From positions 1 to 40,747 of IMG/VR virus record IMGVR_UViG_3300037457_000083: 40,747 nt of DNA. One strand, given 5' to 3'. The position numbers and the translations under genes are program-made. Shown piece after piece: positions 1 to 8,067 of this stretch. The notes below the pieces were generated by a model that was not told where the DNA came from, did not search any database, and was given only the letters and a program-made list of their open reading frames with translations. Source of the stretch: a virus (lineage: Duplodnaviria; Caudoviricetes). Each line of letters opens with the position of its first letter. Position 1 is the stretch's first letter.

Positions 1-2
1 CG

Positions 3-431
3 GAGCTGGCGAACGCTTCGGAGCCCGACGACACGGAGATCCAGTGGACGGTCGATAGCCGGGATTTCGCGACGGGGGACGGGTTGACGCGCAACACGGT
101 CCGCAAGATCCGCGGCCGGTTCCTGTTGGTCGATGATGATGCGGACGATCCGACGATCTCGGCCGCGTTCTCCGACGGGACGGTCGATCTGTCTGGGGTG
201 TCGACGTGGGGGACCGCGCTGTGGGGGACGGGGCTGTGGTCGGCGGCCGACTCGGGGGAGTGGCAGTCCCTGGCCGGGGTGGCGCCGGAGGACGACGGCC
301 GGGCGACGCATTCGTGGAAGGTGAACCGCAAGGCCCGGCATGTGCGGTTTCGGTTCCGGTCGACGGACCCTGCCGCCCAGCTTGTGTTGAGGGCGTTCGA
401 GCTGTTCGTGAGACCTAGCGGAAAGGACTGA
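3..431 (+). CDS. 5'-truncated virion/tail protein (C-terminus of a probable podoviral tail or DNA-stabilisation protein)
   Basis: Frame is open from position 3. Contains a W-G-x-x-x-W repeat segment (WGTALWGTGLW) and a beta-rich C-terminus. Lies at the head of the tail gene cluster. Confidence 0.55.
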   Translation, partial: ELANASEPDDTEIQWTVDSRDFATGDGLTRNTVRKIRGRFLLVDDDADDPTISAAFSDGTVDLSGVSTWGTALWGTGLWSAADSGEWQSLAGVAPEDDGRATHSWKVNRKARHVRFRFRSTDPAAQLVLRAFELFVRPSGKD

Positions 432-433
432 GC

Positions 434-1099
434 ATGGCGGACCTGAGCAGGATCCATGACTTCGATTCGAAGACGGGGCAGGCGATCGTCGGCCAGGACA
501 TCGACGACGAGCTTGACCAGTTGGTCGCCCGTATCAACGATGTGGACGCGGACTCGCTTGCGGCGGCGTTGGCGCAGGCGTTGGGGGTGTCGCAGGCGGG
601 GGCGGTGCGGCGCGGCAAGTCGATCGTCGCGACGGAGCAGTCGACGTCGTCTACGAGCTACACGATGCTGACGACGCCTGATCGGGTGCAGAACGTGGTG
701 CTGCCGACGGACGGGTTGATCGTCGTAAAGTTCTCGGCGCTGGCGAAGGCCAGCGCCAGCAACGGCGCCGCTGCGATCTTCGTTGCATCGAGTCAACTTC
801 AGGTCGCCCAGGGTGCAGCGGCTCCGGCGAACCAGGAGGCATCCCCAATTGGTGACGCCGGAACTAACTACGAGTGGATCTACACCACGCCCAATAGCGC
901 CATTGCGGGGCATGGAGGGCTCGCCCGGCTGCCGGGTGGTCTCGGAGGCGCCTCGCGGGGCACGCCGATAGCCCCTGGCGGCTCAATCGAGATCGAGATG
1001 CCGGCCGGTACCTACGACGTGAGCGTGCGGTTCAAGGTGTCGTCGGGTTCGCTGACCGTGAAGGAGCGCAAGCTCTGGGTCTGTTCGCAGGACTTCTAG
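434..1099 (+). CDS. virion structural protein, possible tail fibre/spike component
   Basis: 221 aa, Ala/Gly/Ser/Thr-rich beta-type C-terminal domain, AAGGA RBS, coupled to the upstream gene. Confidence 0.55.
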   Translation: MADLSRIHDFDSKTGQAIVGQDIDDELDQLVARINDVDADSLAAALAQALGVSQAGAVRRGKSIVATEQSTSSTSYTMLTTPDRVQNVVLPTDGLIVVKFSALAKASASNGAAAIFVASSQLQVAQGAAAPANQEASPIGDAGTNYEWIYTTPNSAIAGHGGLARLPGGLGGASRGTPIAPGGSIEIEMPAGTYDVSVRFKVSSGSLTVKERKLWVCSQDF

Positions 1100-1633
1100 C
1101 TAGAGACTGCGGATCAGCCTGCACGCGGCGCGCCGCTGACGGACGCTGGGCGAGTAGTCATAGCCTCCGAGCCCGTAGCGGCGCGCGGCCTTGCCGCCGA
1201 GCCCGCAGTGGGCGTACGCCTCGGCGAACTGCTCGTGTGGTGAGTTAGGTGACGTCCGCCAGGGCCGGGCGTCGCGCATGATCCGTGCGAAGCGGGCACG
1301 GGCACGCTCCGGCATGAGGTAGTCGTACTGGTGGCCCAGCTCGTGCAGCAGGGTGCCGCGCACCTCGGCCGGGTGGTCGCTCGACCAGGCCACCCCGGCG
1401 TGGTCGAAGTGGATTGGTCCGAGCGGCCATGTGCAGGCAGGCTCTTCGCCGAAGGGGCAGCCGGTCGGTCGGATGACGACGGTTGCGTCCGGGGTGGGCA
1501 CCTTCGCCGCATCTACCCACCGCTGGTAGAACGGGATGGCTTGGCCGTCCGGGGTGGCGAGGTTGACCGCGTGTGCGGGCGCCGCTGCCACTAGGGCGGC
1601 TGCGATCGCGGCGGCGAGCGTCCCTGCGCGCAT
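1100..1633 (-). CDS. secreted zincin-type metalloprotease-like protein (moron)
   Basis: Start re-assigned to ATG 1633. Signal peptide MRAGTLAAAIAAALVAAAPAHA, HELGH (HExxH) motif and downstream EQFAE third-ligand motif. Leaderless -10 TACCCT lies 6 nt upstream. Confidence 0.75.
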   Translation of the reverse strand: MRAGTLAAAIAAALVAAAPAHAVNLATPDGQAIPFYQRWVDAAKVPTPDATVVIRPTGCPFGEEPACTWPLGPIHFDHAGVAWSSDHPAEVRGTLLHELGHQYDYLMPERARARFARIMRDARPWRTSPNSPHEQFAEAYAHCGLGGKAARRYGLGGYDYSPSVRQRRAACRLIRSL

Positions 1634-1684
1634 GGGTTGAGGGTAGCTGTTCGGGCCGTCCCTGGCGGCTCGTATCCTGCCGGT

Positions 1685-2068
1685 GTGGCGATCGGACGGT
1701 TGCAGACGGAGGCTGACGTTGAGCGGTTCATGCTCGACCAGTTGCCTGACTATGGGGTGCTGATCCGCCAGTTGCAGGGGCTGGTGGCCCCGGCCGTGGT
1801 GCGGCTCTTGGAGGACGCCGGCTATGCGTTGGACTTCGGGGTCGCGGACATCACGGGCAACGGCACACCGTCGGCCGCTGTCGCGGTCGCCCATGGTTTC
1901 GCGGCGGCGCCGGTTGTCGCGCTCGGCGGCCAGTGGTTGGGGGCGAATCTCAACGTGACGGTGACCGCTGTCTCCGCGAGCCAGGTGACCTTCGGCGCCC
2001 AGCACATCCACAACGCGAACTGGTCGTCGACGAACCAGCTCGCGTGGTTGGCGTTGGGGGCGGTCTGA
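1685..2068 (+). CDS. tail-fibre-associated protein with H-type-lectin/gp53-like C-terminal domain
   Basis: Probable GTG start at 1685. Pattern HGFAAAPVV...VTAVSASQVTF...WLALG resembles phage fibre C-terminal beta domains. Confidence 0.5.
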   Translation: MAIGRLQTEADVERFMLDQLPDYGVLIRQLQGLVAPAVVRLLEDAGYALDFGVADITGNGTPSAAVAVAHGFAAAPVVALGGQWLGANLNVTVTAVSASQVTFGAQHIHNANWSSTNQLAWLALGAV

Positions 2069-2919
2069 TGGCGGCGAAGGGCAAGAAGAAGGGCAAGAAG
2101 AGGAAGGTGCAGTACCGGGCGCCGGCGGCGTTGCGGCGTCGGGCGCGGGAGCTTGGGTTCGACCCGTCGAAGATCAACATGGTGTTCGACTCGAAGGGCC
2201 GGCCGGTGGCGGCGCCGGGGTCGTTCACGCCGTTCAAGGCGCCGACCTCGCCGCCGCCGGGGACGTATGACCCGGCGTTGGACTCCGAGTTGCGGGCGTC
2301 GGGCCGTGGCCTTGAGGATCTGTTGGCCGACTACGACACGGGGGTTGTGCGGCGGGAGGACGACTTCCAGCTTGGGTTGGGCAACCTTGGCCGGCAGCGG
2401 GATGAGGGGCTCGCCGATCTGTTGCGGACCCGGGGTGAGATCGACTTGTCGTATGGGCGGCTTGGGGGCCGCCAGGCGGAGGCTGCGGCGGTGCAGGGGC
2501 TGTCGCGTGGCGGGGCGCTTGTGCAGGCTGCGCGGAAGCGGGCGGAGAACAAGAAGTTCGATCTGGTGCCTGTTGAGACGGCCGAGACGCGGACGCGGGA
2601 GGGGTATGACCGGGGGGTTGGGGAGCTGTCGAAGGAGTATTCGAGGGCGAACACGGACGCGTCGACGGGCAGGACGCGGGCGCAGCGTGAGCACGGCCAG
2701 TTCGAGCTGGACGTTGGGGAGAGCCGCTTCTTCCAGGCGGCGCAGGGTGGCTATGTGGCGCCGACGCGGCCGGCGAACGAGAGGACTGTTGGTGGGCGCA
2801 CGGTGCGGGTGTTGGGCCGCAAGAAGCCGGTTGGGGAGCGGCGTTACAGGCTGCCGTCGGGGCGGGCGTTGAGCCGCCAGCAGTTCGTGAAGCGTGCGAA
2901 GAAGTGGAAGGGGATGTAG
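2068..2919 (+). CDS. putative internal virion protein
   Basis: TGATG-coupled start, basic N-terminus MAAKGKKKGKKRK, helical body, position in the structural operon. Confidence 0.55.
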   Translation: MAAKGKKKGKKRKVQYRAPAALRRRARELGFDPSKINMVFDSKGRPVAAPGSFTPFKAPTSPPPGTYDPALDSELRASGRGLEDLLADYDTGVVRREDDFQLGLGNLGRQRDEGLADLLRTRGEIDLSYGRLGGRQAEAAAVQGLSRGGALVQAARKRAENKKFDLVPVETAETRTREGYDRGVGELSKEYSRANTDASTGRTRAQREHGQFELDVGESRFFQAAQGGYVAPTRPANERTVGGRTVRVLGRKKPVGERRYRLPSGRALSRQQFVKRAKKWKGM

Positions 2920-4017
2920 ATGGCGAGGCGTAGGCCGCTTCTGCGGCGGGCGAGGGATGAGGCGCAGATCGTGTATGGCCCCCAGATCCGTGGGTTGTCA
3001 GAGCTTGCGTTGCGGGCGCGGCGGGACTACAGGCGTGGTGTGCGGGCGGCTGAGGGGTCGACGGCGGGGATCCGTCAGGCGGTTCGTGAGGCGCGGCCGA
3101 CGGTGCGGCGTGCGTATGGGGAGGCGGCGGAGCGTGCGGAGACGGCGGGGGGGGATGTGCAGGCGGCCCTGTCCGGGTTGGGGGAGTCTGCGGATCCGTA
3201 TCGTGCTTTGGTCGCGAGGGAGGAGGGGCAGGCGGCGACGCAGGTTGGTGAGGCGCGCGCGGGGGCGTTGTCGGATCTTGCGCAGCGTGGGGTTGATGCG
3301 CAGGCGGGGCTTGCCTACCAGCGGGACAATCTGCGCAGCCAGTTCAAGCAGGAGCGGGGTGGGATTGACCGGCAGAAGTCGGCGTTGGAGCGTGAGATCG
3401 GCTTGTTCACACGGTCGACGTTGGGGGAGTTGCGGTCGGCGCGGGCGGAGCTTGATCTGGAGAACGCGCGGTTGCAGTTGGAGGCCCGCCAGGTGGATGC
3501 CGATCTGACGGGGCGGGATCCGGCGACGGGGCGTAGGACTGCGGATGAGCGTGATCGGGTGCGTGACGACAGGTTGGCGCGTCGGAAGGAGCGTCGTGAG
3601 CGGCGTGAGGGGCGCGGTGGTGGTGGGCCGTCGCGCGGTGCGGTCTCGCATCATCAGGGGATGGTGGAGGAGATGCAGGAGGTGCGGCAGATCATCTCCC
3701 GGCAGCGCGATATGGGCGAGCCGTTCGACGCGATCTACACGTTGTTGACGGACCCGACTTCGTTCAAGAACGACGATGGCGACGCGGTGGAGAACCCCGA
3801 GGGCGGGCACGACCAGATCGTTGCGCGGGCGATGATCCAGGTGGCGCGTGACGGGCGGGTTTCGCGGGAGAATCTGCGGGCTCTGCGGGAGCGGGGGCTG
3901 CTGTTGAAGCGGACGCCGAAGCGGTGGAAGCGCGGGAAGCGGGAGGAGCAGTCGCGTCTGCCGACGACGGGCTCTCCGGGGAACCCGTTCGGGTTGAACT
4001 CGCCGTTGATCGGCTAG
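2920..4017 (+). CDS. putative internal virion (ejection) protein
   Basis: 365 aa Ala/Arg/Glu/Gln-rich helical protein, directly coupled, upstream of a very large virion gene. Confidence 0.5.
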   Translation: MARRRPLLRRARDEAQIVYGPQIRGLSELALRARRDYRRGVRAAEGSTAGIRQAVREARPTVRRAYGEAAERAETAGGDVQAALSGLGESADPYRALVAREEGQAATQVGEARAGALSDLAQRGVDAQAGLAYQRDNLRSQFKQERGGIDRQKSALEREIGLFTRSTLGELRSARAELDLENARLQLEARQVDADLTGRDPATGRRTADERDRVRDDRLARRKERRERREGRGGGGPSRGAVSHHQGMVEEMQEVRQIISRQRDMGEPFDAIYTLLTDPTSFKNDDGDAVENPEGGHDQIVARAMIQVARDGRVSRENLRALRERGLLLKRTPKRWKRGKREEQSRLPTTGSPGNPFGLNSPLIG

Positions 4018-4020
4018 GCC

Positions 4021-7000
4021 GTGGCGGTCTTCGACCCTCCCGAGAGCGATCTGCTCGGGGCGTGGCTGCGCCGCAAGCGTCGCGATGTGCGGCGTGCGCG
4101 TGGCGCGTTGCGGCGGGCGGCGCGCGAGGCGCAGGAGCGCGAGGCGCGCCCGCGTAGGCAGGCGGCCCCACGGCGGCGCGCGCCGTTCGATGCGGGCGAG
4201 TCGGATCTGTTGTCGTCGGGGGCGCTGGCGGACGCGATCCGCCGGTCCGAGAGGGCGCAGCGGCGGTTGCGGCGGTCGCTGCCGGGCACGTTGGAGGCCG
4301 ATCCGCGGTTGCCGCCGCCGGAGCCCCACCAGGCGTTCGGGCCGTTGGAGTCGGGCCGCGAGCCGATCATGGAGTTGTTGAAGGGGGCGGATCCGTCGCG
4401 GGTCGCGCCGTGGTCGGGTACGGGCCGGCTGTCGGCCGCGTCGCCGGTGTTGCCGGAGGGGCATCTGGCCGAGCTGCGGTTCGAGGAGGCGTTGCGAAGC
4501 CAGGGGTCGGGGCCGTCTGGTGTGTTGGCGCCGTTGGCGGCGGTGGCGGATAGCTCGTTCGTGAACAAGGCGTTGCAGGAGATCGGTGGTGCGGGCATCG
4601 CGGCGACCGCCCCGGCGCTGTCCGCGTTCGTCGACCAGACGGACGAGGGCAAGGAGCTGTTGCGCAACGCGGCGCGGGACGCGCAGGAGCTGCCGGCGAA
4701 CGTGGTGCCGTCGACCTACTACACCGGCAAGGCGTTGGTCGACGCGGCGCAGGGCGACACGGAGGGGGTCGAGCAGATCGCGTCGGACTTCGTGAACACG
4801 TCGCCGCTCGCCTTGTTGGCGCAGGGGCGGGTGCGTGAGGCGGGGGAGCAGGCGTATGAGCACCCGTTGCTGACGGGGCTGGAGGTTGGCGGGGTTGGGT
4901 CTGGGTTGTCCTATCTGGGGGCGCGGGCGGCGGGGGTGTCGCGGCGCAGGTTGCCGGATCGGCGGGTGCCGGGCACGAACATCGTGGATCGTCGGTATGG
5001 GCCGGCGGGGCTGTTCGGGGTGTGGAACCAGCGGCGCCATGATGCGGCGGCGAGGGAGCGCTATGACGATCTGGCGGCGCAGGCGGAGCGTCGGGAGGCT
5101 GCGGGGGATCGTGAGGGGGCGGCGTTGAAGCGGCGGGAGGCGGCTAGGGCGCACCCGGATCGGGTGCCTGAGCGGGTTGTGCAGCGGCAGGTGGACACGT
5201 TGCATCAGGGGCGCCATCAGTCGGTGCGCCGGCCGCATAACGCGGCGCGGCGGCGGGAGGTGCGGCGGATCTACAAGTCGGTGCCGCGCAGGCAGGCGCC
5301 GCTGGTTGGGCTGGTCGCGCGCGGCGTCGTGGACGCGGACGCTGGGGATATCCGCGCCTACCTTGGCGAGATCCGGGCGGAGCGGGCGGGCCTTGAGTCG
5401 CGGGCGCAGCGCCAGGCGAACAGGCGGTTGGAGCGCGACATCGCGGCGGCGACGCGTGACGGTGTTAGCGAGGGGGCGCTTGGCGATGCGGCGCGGGCCT
5501 ACGCGACGTTGCGGCGCGGCCAGGACGACGACCTCGTGTTGGGCAGGGACGGCATCGGCGGCGGGATGCTCGACCAGTATGAGGCGCGGATGGCGCGGCT
5601 GATCCCGTATGCGGCCCGCCGGATCGGGGTGGAGCGCATCGACGGTGTGGGGATCGTCCGCCGGTCGGATGGCGACGCGGCGAGGGCTGCGGTGGCGGAG
5701 CTTCGTGAGGCGCAGCGGGAGCAGGGGCGGTCTGGTCCGACGCCGGAGAACCGGGCGCGGGTGACGGATGCGCAGCGGGCGGTGTCGGCCCATGTGCTGC
5801 GGCCCGAGGAGATCGAGGCCCATGCGCGGCACGCGGACCGTGACCCGGACGCGTTCGCGTTCATCTCCCAGGCGCCGCGCGGGCTGGGCGACAGGGCGCA
5901 CAACGTGACGGCGTACAGCGCCCCCGGTGTTTCGCGGCGGTCGCTGACGGGCCGTGCGACGACCGGCGGGCTGATCGACGCGCACCCGGAGCGGATGGTC
6001 GACCAGGCGGTGAAGGCGCAGGGGCTTGTCGATGCCCGTAACACTTGGGCGCGGGCGGTCGCCACGTTCTTCTTGCGTGACCGTGACGGGGAGATCGAGC
6101 GGTTCGAGGGGACGCCGGAGCAGGCGCGCAAGAAGGCTGAGGAGATGGTGTTGGACGAGGACGGCAATCCGATCCCTGCGGCGCACCCGATGCGGGCGGT
6201 GAGGTTGAACCCGTGGATGGGCCGGGAGGGGCAGCTTGCCCGCACGTTGGAGGAGGCCGACCGGGAGGGGTTCGTCGGCGACGATGTGCGTGGGGGCGTG
6301 ACGCCGGTGCAGGAGGCGATCGAGGCGGCGTTGAAGGGCGAGGGGGATGGGGAGTGGGGGTTCGTGCCGGAGGTCGTGGCGGAGCGGATAGCCGAGCATT
6401 CGCGGGTCGCGCAGTCGGGTAGCCCGCTGATGCGCGCGGTCGGGCAGGCGTTTCGGCGGACGGTGCTGCCGTTGTCGCCGGCGTGGCTGACGGGCAACAC
6501 GGTCGAGGCGGCCTTGCGGTCGCTGTTCGAGCAGGCGGGGCCGCGGTCGTGGCTGGACTACCGGCGGGTGTATGTCGAGATGGCGCTGGACGAGGACGGT
6601 GCGGGGACGGTCCGGCGGGCGTTGAGGCGGCTGCCGGACCCGAAGCCGGGGTCGCCGGCGGAGTCGCTGCTGCACATGACGCCGGACGGCCACTACGGCG
6701 GCGGGATGGACACGATGATCCGCACGACGGCGGGCCAGTTCACGAACACGCGGCTAGAGCCGCTGGTGAACGCGTGGTTGCGGCTGTCGAACGCGGGGAA
6801 GGCCGGCCGGGCGGCGGGGAGGGTGCCGCGCGCCTACAGCGCCTATTCGGATTGGGTGATGGGGACGCTTGCGCGGGGGATCGAGGGGCAGGCGACCAGG
6901 GCGATGGCGGGCCGGTACATGCGCCGCCACCTGATGTCGAAGAAGGACCGTTTGAACGCGGAGACGGCGATCTCGCAGGCGGTGCGGGGGATGAAGGAGA

Positions 7001-7716
7001 CGCCGGAGCAGATCGCGATGGGCGAGTGGGTGCGCAAGGTGTACGGCCAGTACGAGTCGTTTTCGCCGGCGATGCGGCGGCTGACGCAGAACTACACGCC
7101 GTTCGTGGCGTGGGGGTTGAACGCGATCAGGTTCCTGTACTGGCACATGCCGAAGGACCATCCGGTGTTGACGGGCCTGTTGGCGTCCCAGCAGCGGATC
7201 GCGGAGGAGTTTCTGGAGGATGAGGGGCTGTCGTATTGGGCGGAGAACGCTTTGCCGCCGTGGTTGCAGGGGTCGGTGCCGCTTCCGGGCGGCGGCCATC
7301 TGCGGTTGATGCGCTACACGCCGTTCGGGTTCGCGGCGGACCCTGCGGGGTGGGTTGCGGGGGTGGTGTTGCCGCAGTACCAGGGGTTCCTGATGACCCA
7401 GCACGGGTTGGACTGGAAGGGCGCCCAGTTGCGCGACAAGGATGGGGAGCCGATCGACGATCCGTACAAGCTGGGGTTGATCGGGGTGCGCGAGACGCTG
7501 TACGCGTTGGTGCCCGGTATCGCGCTCGGGACGCGGCTTGCGGAGGATGGGCCGTCGACGTTGAATCCGTTCCGGCCGGTCGAGCCGCCGCCCGGCTCGT
7601 CGACATCGACTTCAGGCGCGCGGCCCAGCGCGTCCGATATTGCCCGCCAGTCTCAGTCTCGGCGCACGAGCGGTCGCCCGTCGGCGTCGGAGATCGCCCG
7701 CCAGTCTCCCCGCTAG
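4021..7716 (+). CDS. large internal virion / DNA-transfer protein
   Basis: 1231 aa with strong coding bias. Size and position are typical of podoviral ejection proteins. C-terminal duplicated peptide RPSASD/EIARQS. Confidence 0.6.
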   Translation: MAVFDPPESDLLGAWLRRKRRDVRRARGALRRAAREAQEREARPRRQAAPRRRAPFDAGESDLLSSGALADAIRRSERAQRRLRRSLPGTLEADPRLPPPEPHQAFGPLESGREPIMELLKGADPSRVAPWSGTGRLSAASPVLPEGHLAELRFEEALRSQGSGPSGVLAPLAAVADSSFVNKALQEIGGAGIAATAPALSAFVDQTDEGKELLRNAARDAQELPANVVPSTYYTGKALVDAAQGDTEGVEQIASDFVNTSPLALLAQGRVREAGEQAYEHPLLTGLEVGGVGSGLSYLGARAAGVSRRRLPDRRVPGTNIVDRRYGPAGLFGVWNQRRHDAAARERYDDLAAQAERREAAGDREGAALKRREAARAHPDRVPERVVQRQVDTLHQGRHQSVRRPHNAARRREVRRIYKSVPRRQAPLVGLVARGVVDADAGDIRAYLGEIRAERAGLESRAQRQANRRLERDIAAATRDGVSEGALGDAARAYATLRRGQDDDLVLGRDGIGGGMLDQYEARMARLIPYAARRIGVERIDGVGIVRRSDGDAARAAVAELREAQREQGRSGPTPENRARVTDAQRAVSAHVLRPEEIEAHARHADRDPDAFAFISQAPRGLGDRAHNVTAYSAPGVSRRSLTGRATTGGLIDAHPERMVDQAVKAQGLVDARNTWARAVATFFLRDRDGEIERFEGTPEQARKKAEEMVLDEDGNPIPAAHPMRAVRLNPWMGREGQLARTLEEADREGFVGDDVRGGVTPVQEAIEAALKGEGDGEWGFVPEVVAERIAEHSRVAQSGSPLMRAVGQAFRRTVLPLSPAWLTGNTVEAALRSLFEQAGPRSWLDYRRVYVEMALDEDGAGTVRRALRRLPDPKPGSPAESLLHMTPDGHYGGGMDTMIRTTAGQFTNTRLEPLVNAWLRLSNAGKAGRAAGRVPRAYSAYSDWVMGTLARGIEGQATRAMAGRYMRRHLMSKKDRLNAETAISQAVRGMKETPEQIAMGEWVRKVYGQYESFSPAMRRLTQNYTPFVAWGLNAIRFLYWHMPKDHPVLTGLLASQQRIAEEFLEDEGLSYWAENALPPWLQGSVPLPGGGHLRLMRYTPFGFAADPAGWVAGVVLPQYQGFLMTQHGLDWKGAQLRDKDGEPIDDPYKLGLIGVRETLYALVPGIALGTRLAEDGPSTLNPFRPVEPPPGSSTSTSGARPSASDIARQSQSRRTSGRPSASEIARQSPR

Positions 7717-7720
7717 CCAG

Positions 7721-7888
7721 CTAGACGAACAGCTCGTACGGCGAGGGGATGCCGATGCCGTGCCAGAACCAGAGCCAGAACAGGACGATGAGGACGATCG
7801 GCCCCCAGATCCACACGCCGGTGCCGTCGTCGCCCGCGAGCCAGTTGATGATGCGGTCGCGGCGGGGGATGTCAACAGGCTTCCTCAC
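7721..7888 (-). CDS. 55-aa single-pass Trp-rich membrane protein (not in ORF track)
   Basis: Manual translation MRKPVDIPRRDRIINWLAGDDGTGVWIWGPIVLIVLFWLWFWHGIGIPSPYELFV. Upstream minus-strand promoter TTGACA-16nt-TACCGT with extended TG, 9 nt before GTG. Confidence 0.7.
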   Translation of the reverse strand: MRKPVDIPRRDRIINWLAGDDGTGVWIWGPIVLIVLFWLWFWHGIGIPSPYELFV

Positions 7889-7918
7889 GGTCGTACGACG
7901 GTAGCAGCGGCGCGGCGG

Positions 7919-8031
7919 CTGTCAACAGACTGTCCACGCGCTACCCACTGACGTGCCCACAGGCAGAAGCCGCGTCAGGCGCGTTGTGCGGGCTCCTGAC
8001 GGCCGTTGTCCACAGGCCCTACTACTTCTAC
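7919..8031 (+). other. oriC-like element: DnaA-box array plus DnaA-trio unwinding module
   Basis: CTGTCAACA 7919, CTGTCCACG 7930, CTACCCACT 7941, GTGCCCACA 7953 (11/11/12 bp period). Perfect TTGTCCACA at 8006-8014, GGCC linker, then CTA CTA CTT CTA at 8019-8030. Confidence 0.6.
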
Positions 8032-8067
8032 CGATTCCGTTGTTTCAGTAGGTAGCGGCCGTCTGGG

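Noticed and set aside
2998-6693. Very long minus-strand ORFs (also 7975-9693, 31175-32479, 34305-36050, 36493-38337, 39588-40745)
   Set aside because: Arg/Pro-rich antisense shadows of real plus-strand genes, expected at this GC content.
7621-7713. Tandem peptide duplication RPSAS(D/E)IARQS at the end of the 1231-aa protein
   Set aside because: Two copies in a disordered tail with synonymous divergence; no adenine-specific variation or reverse transcriptase, so not a DGR VR/TR pair.
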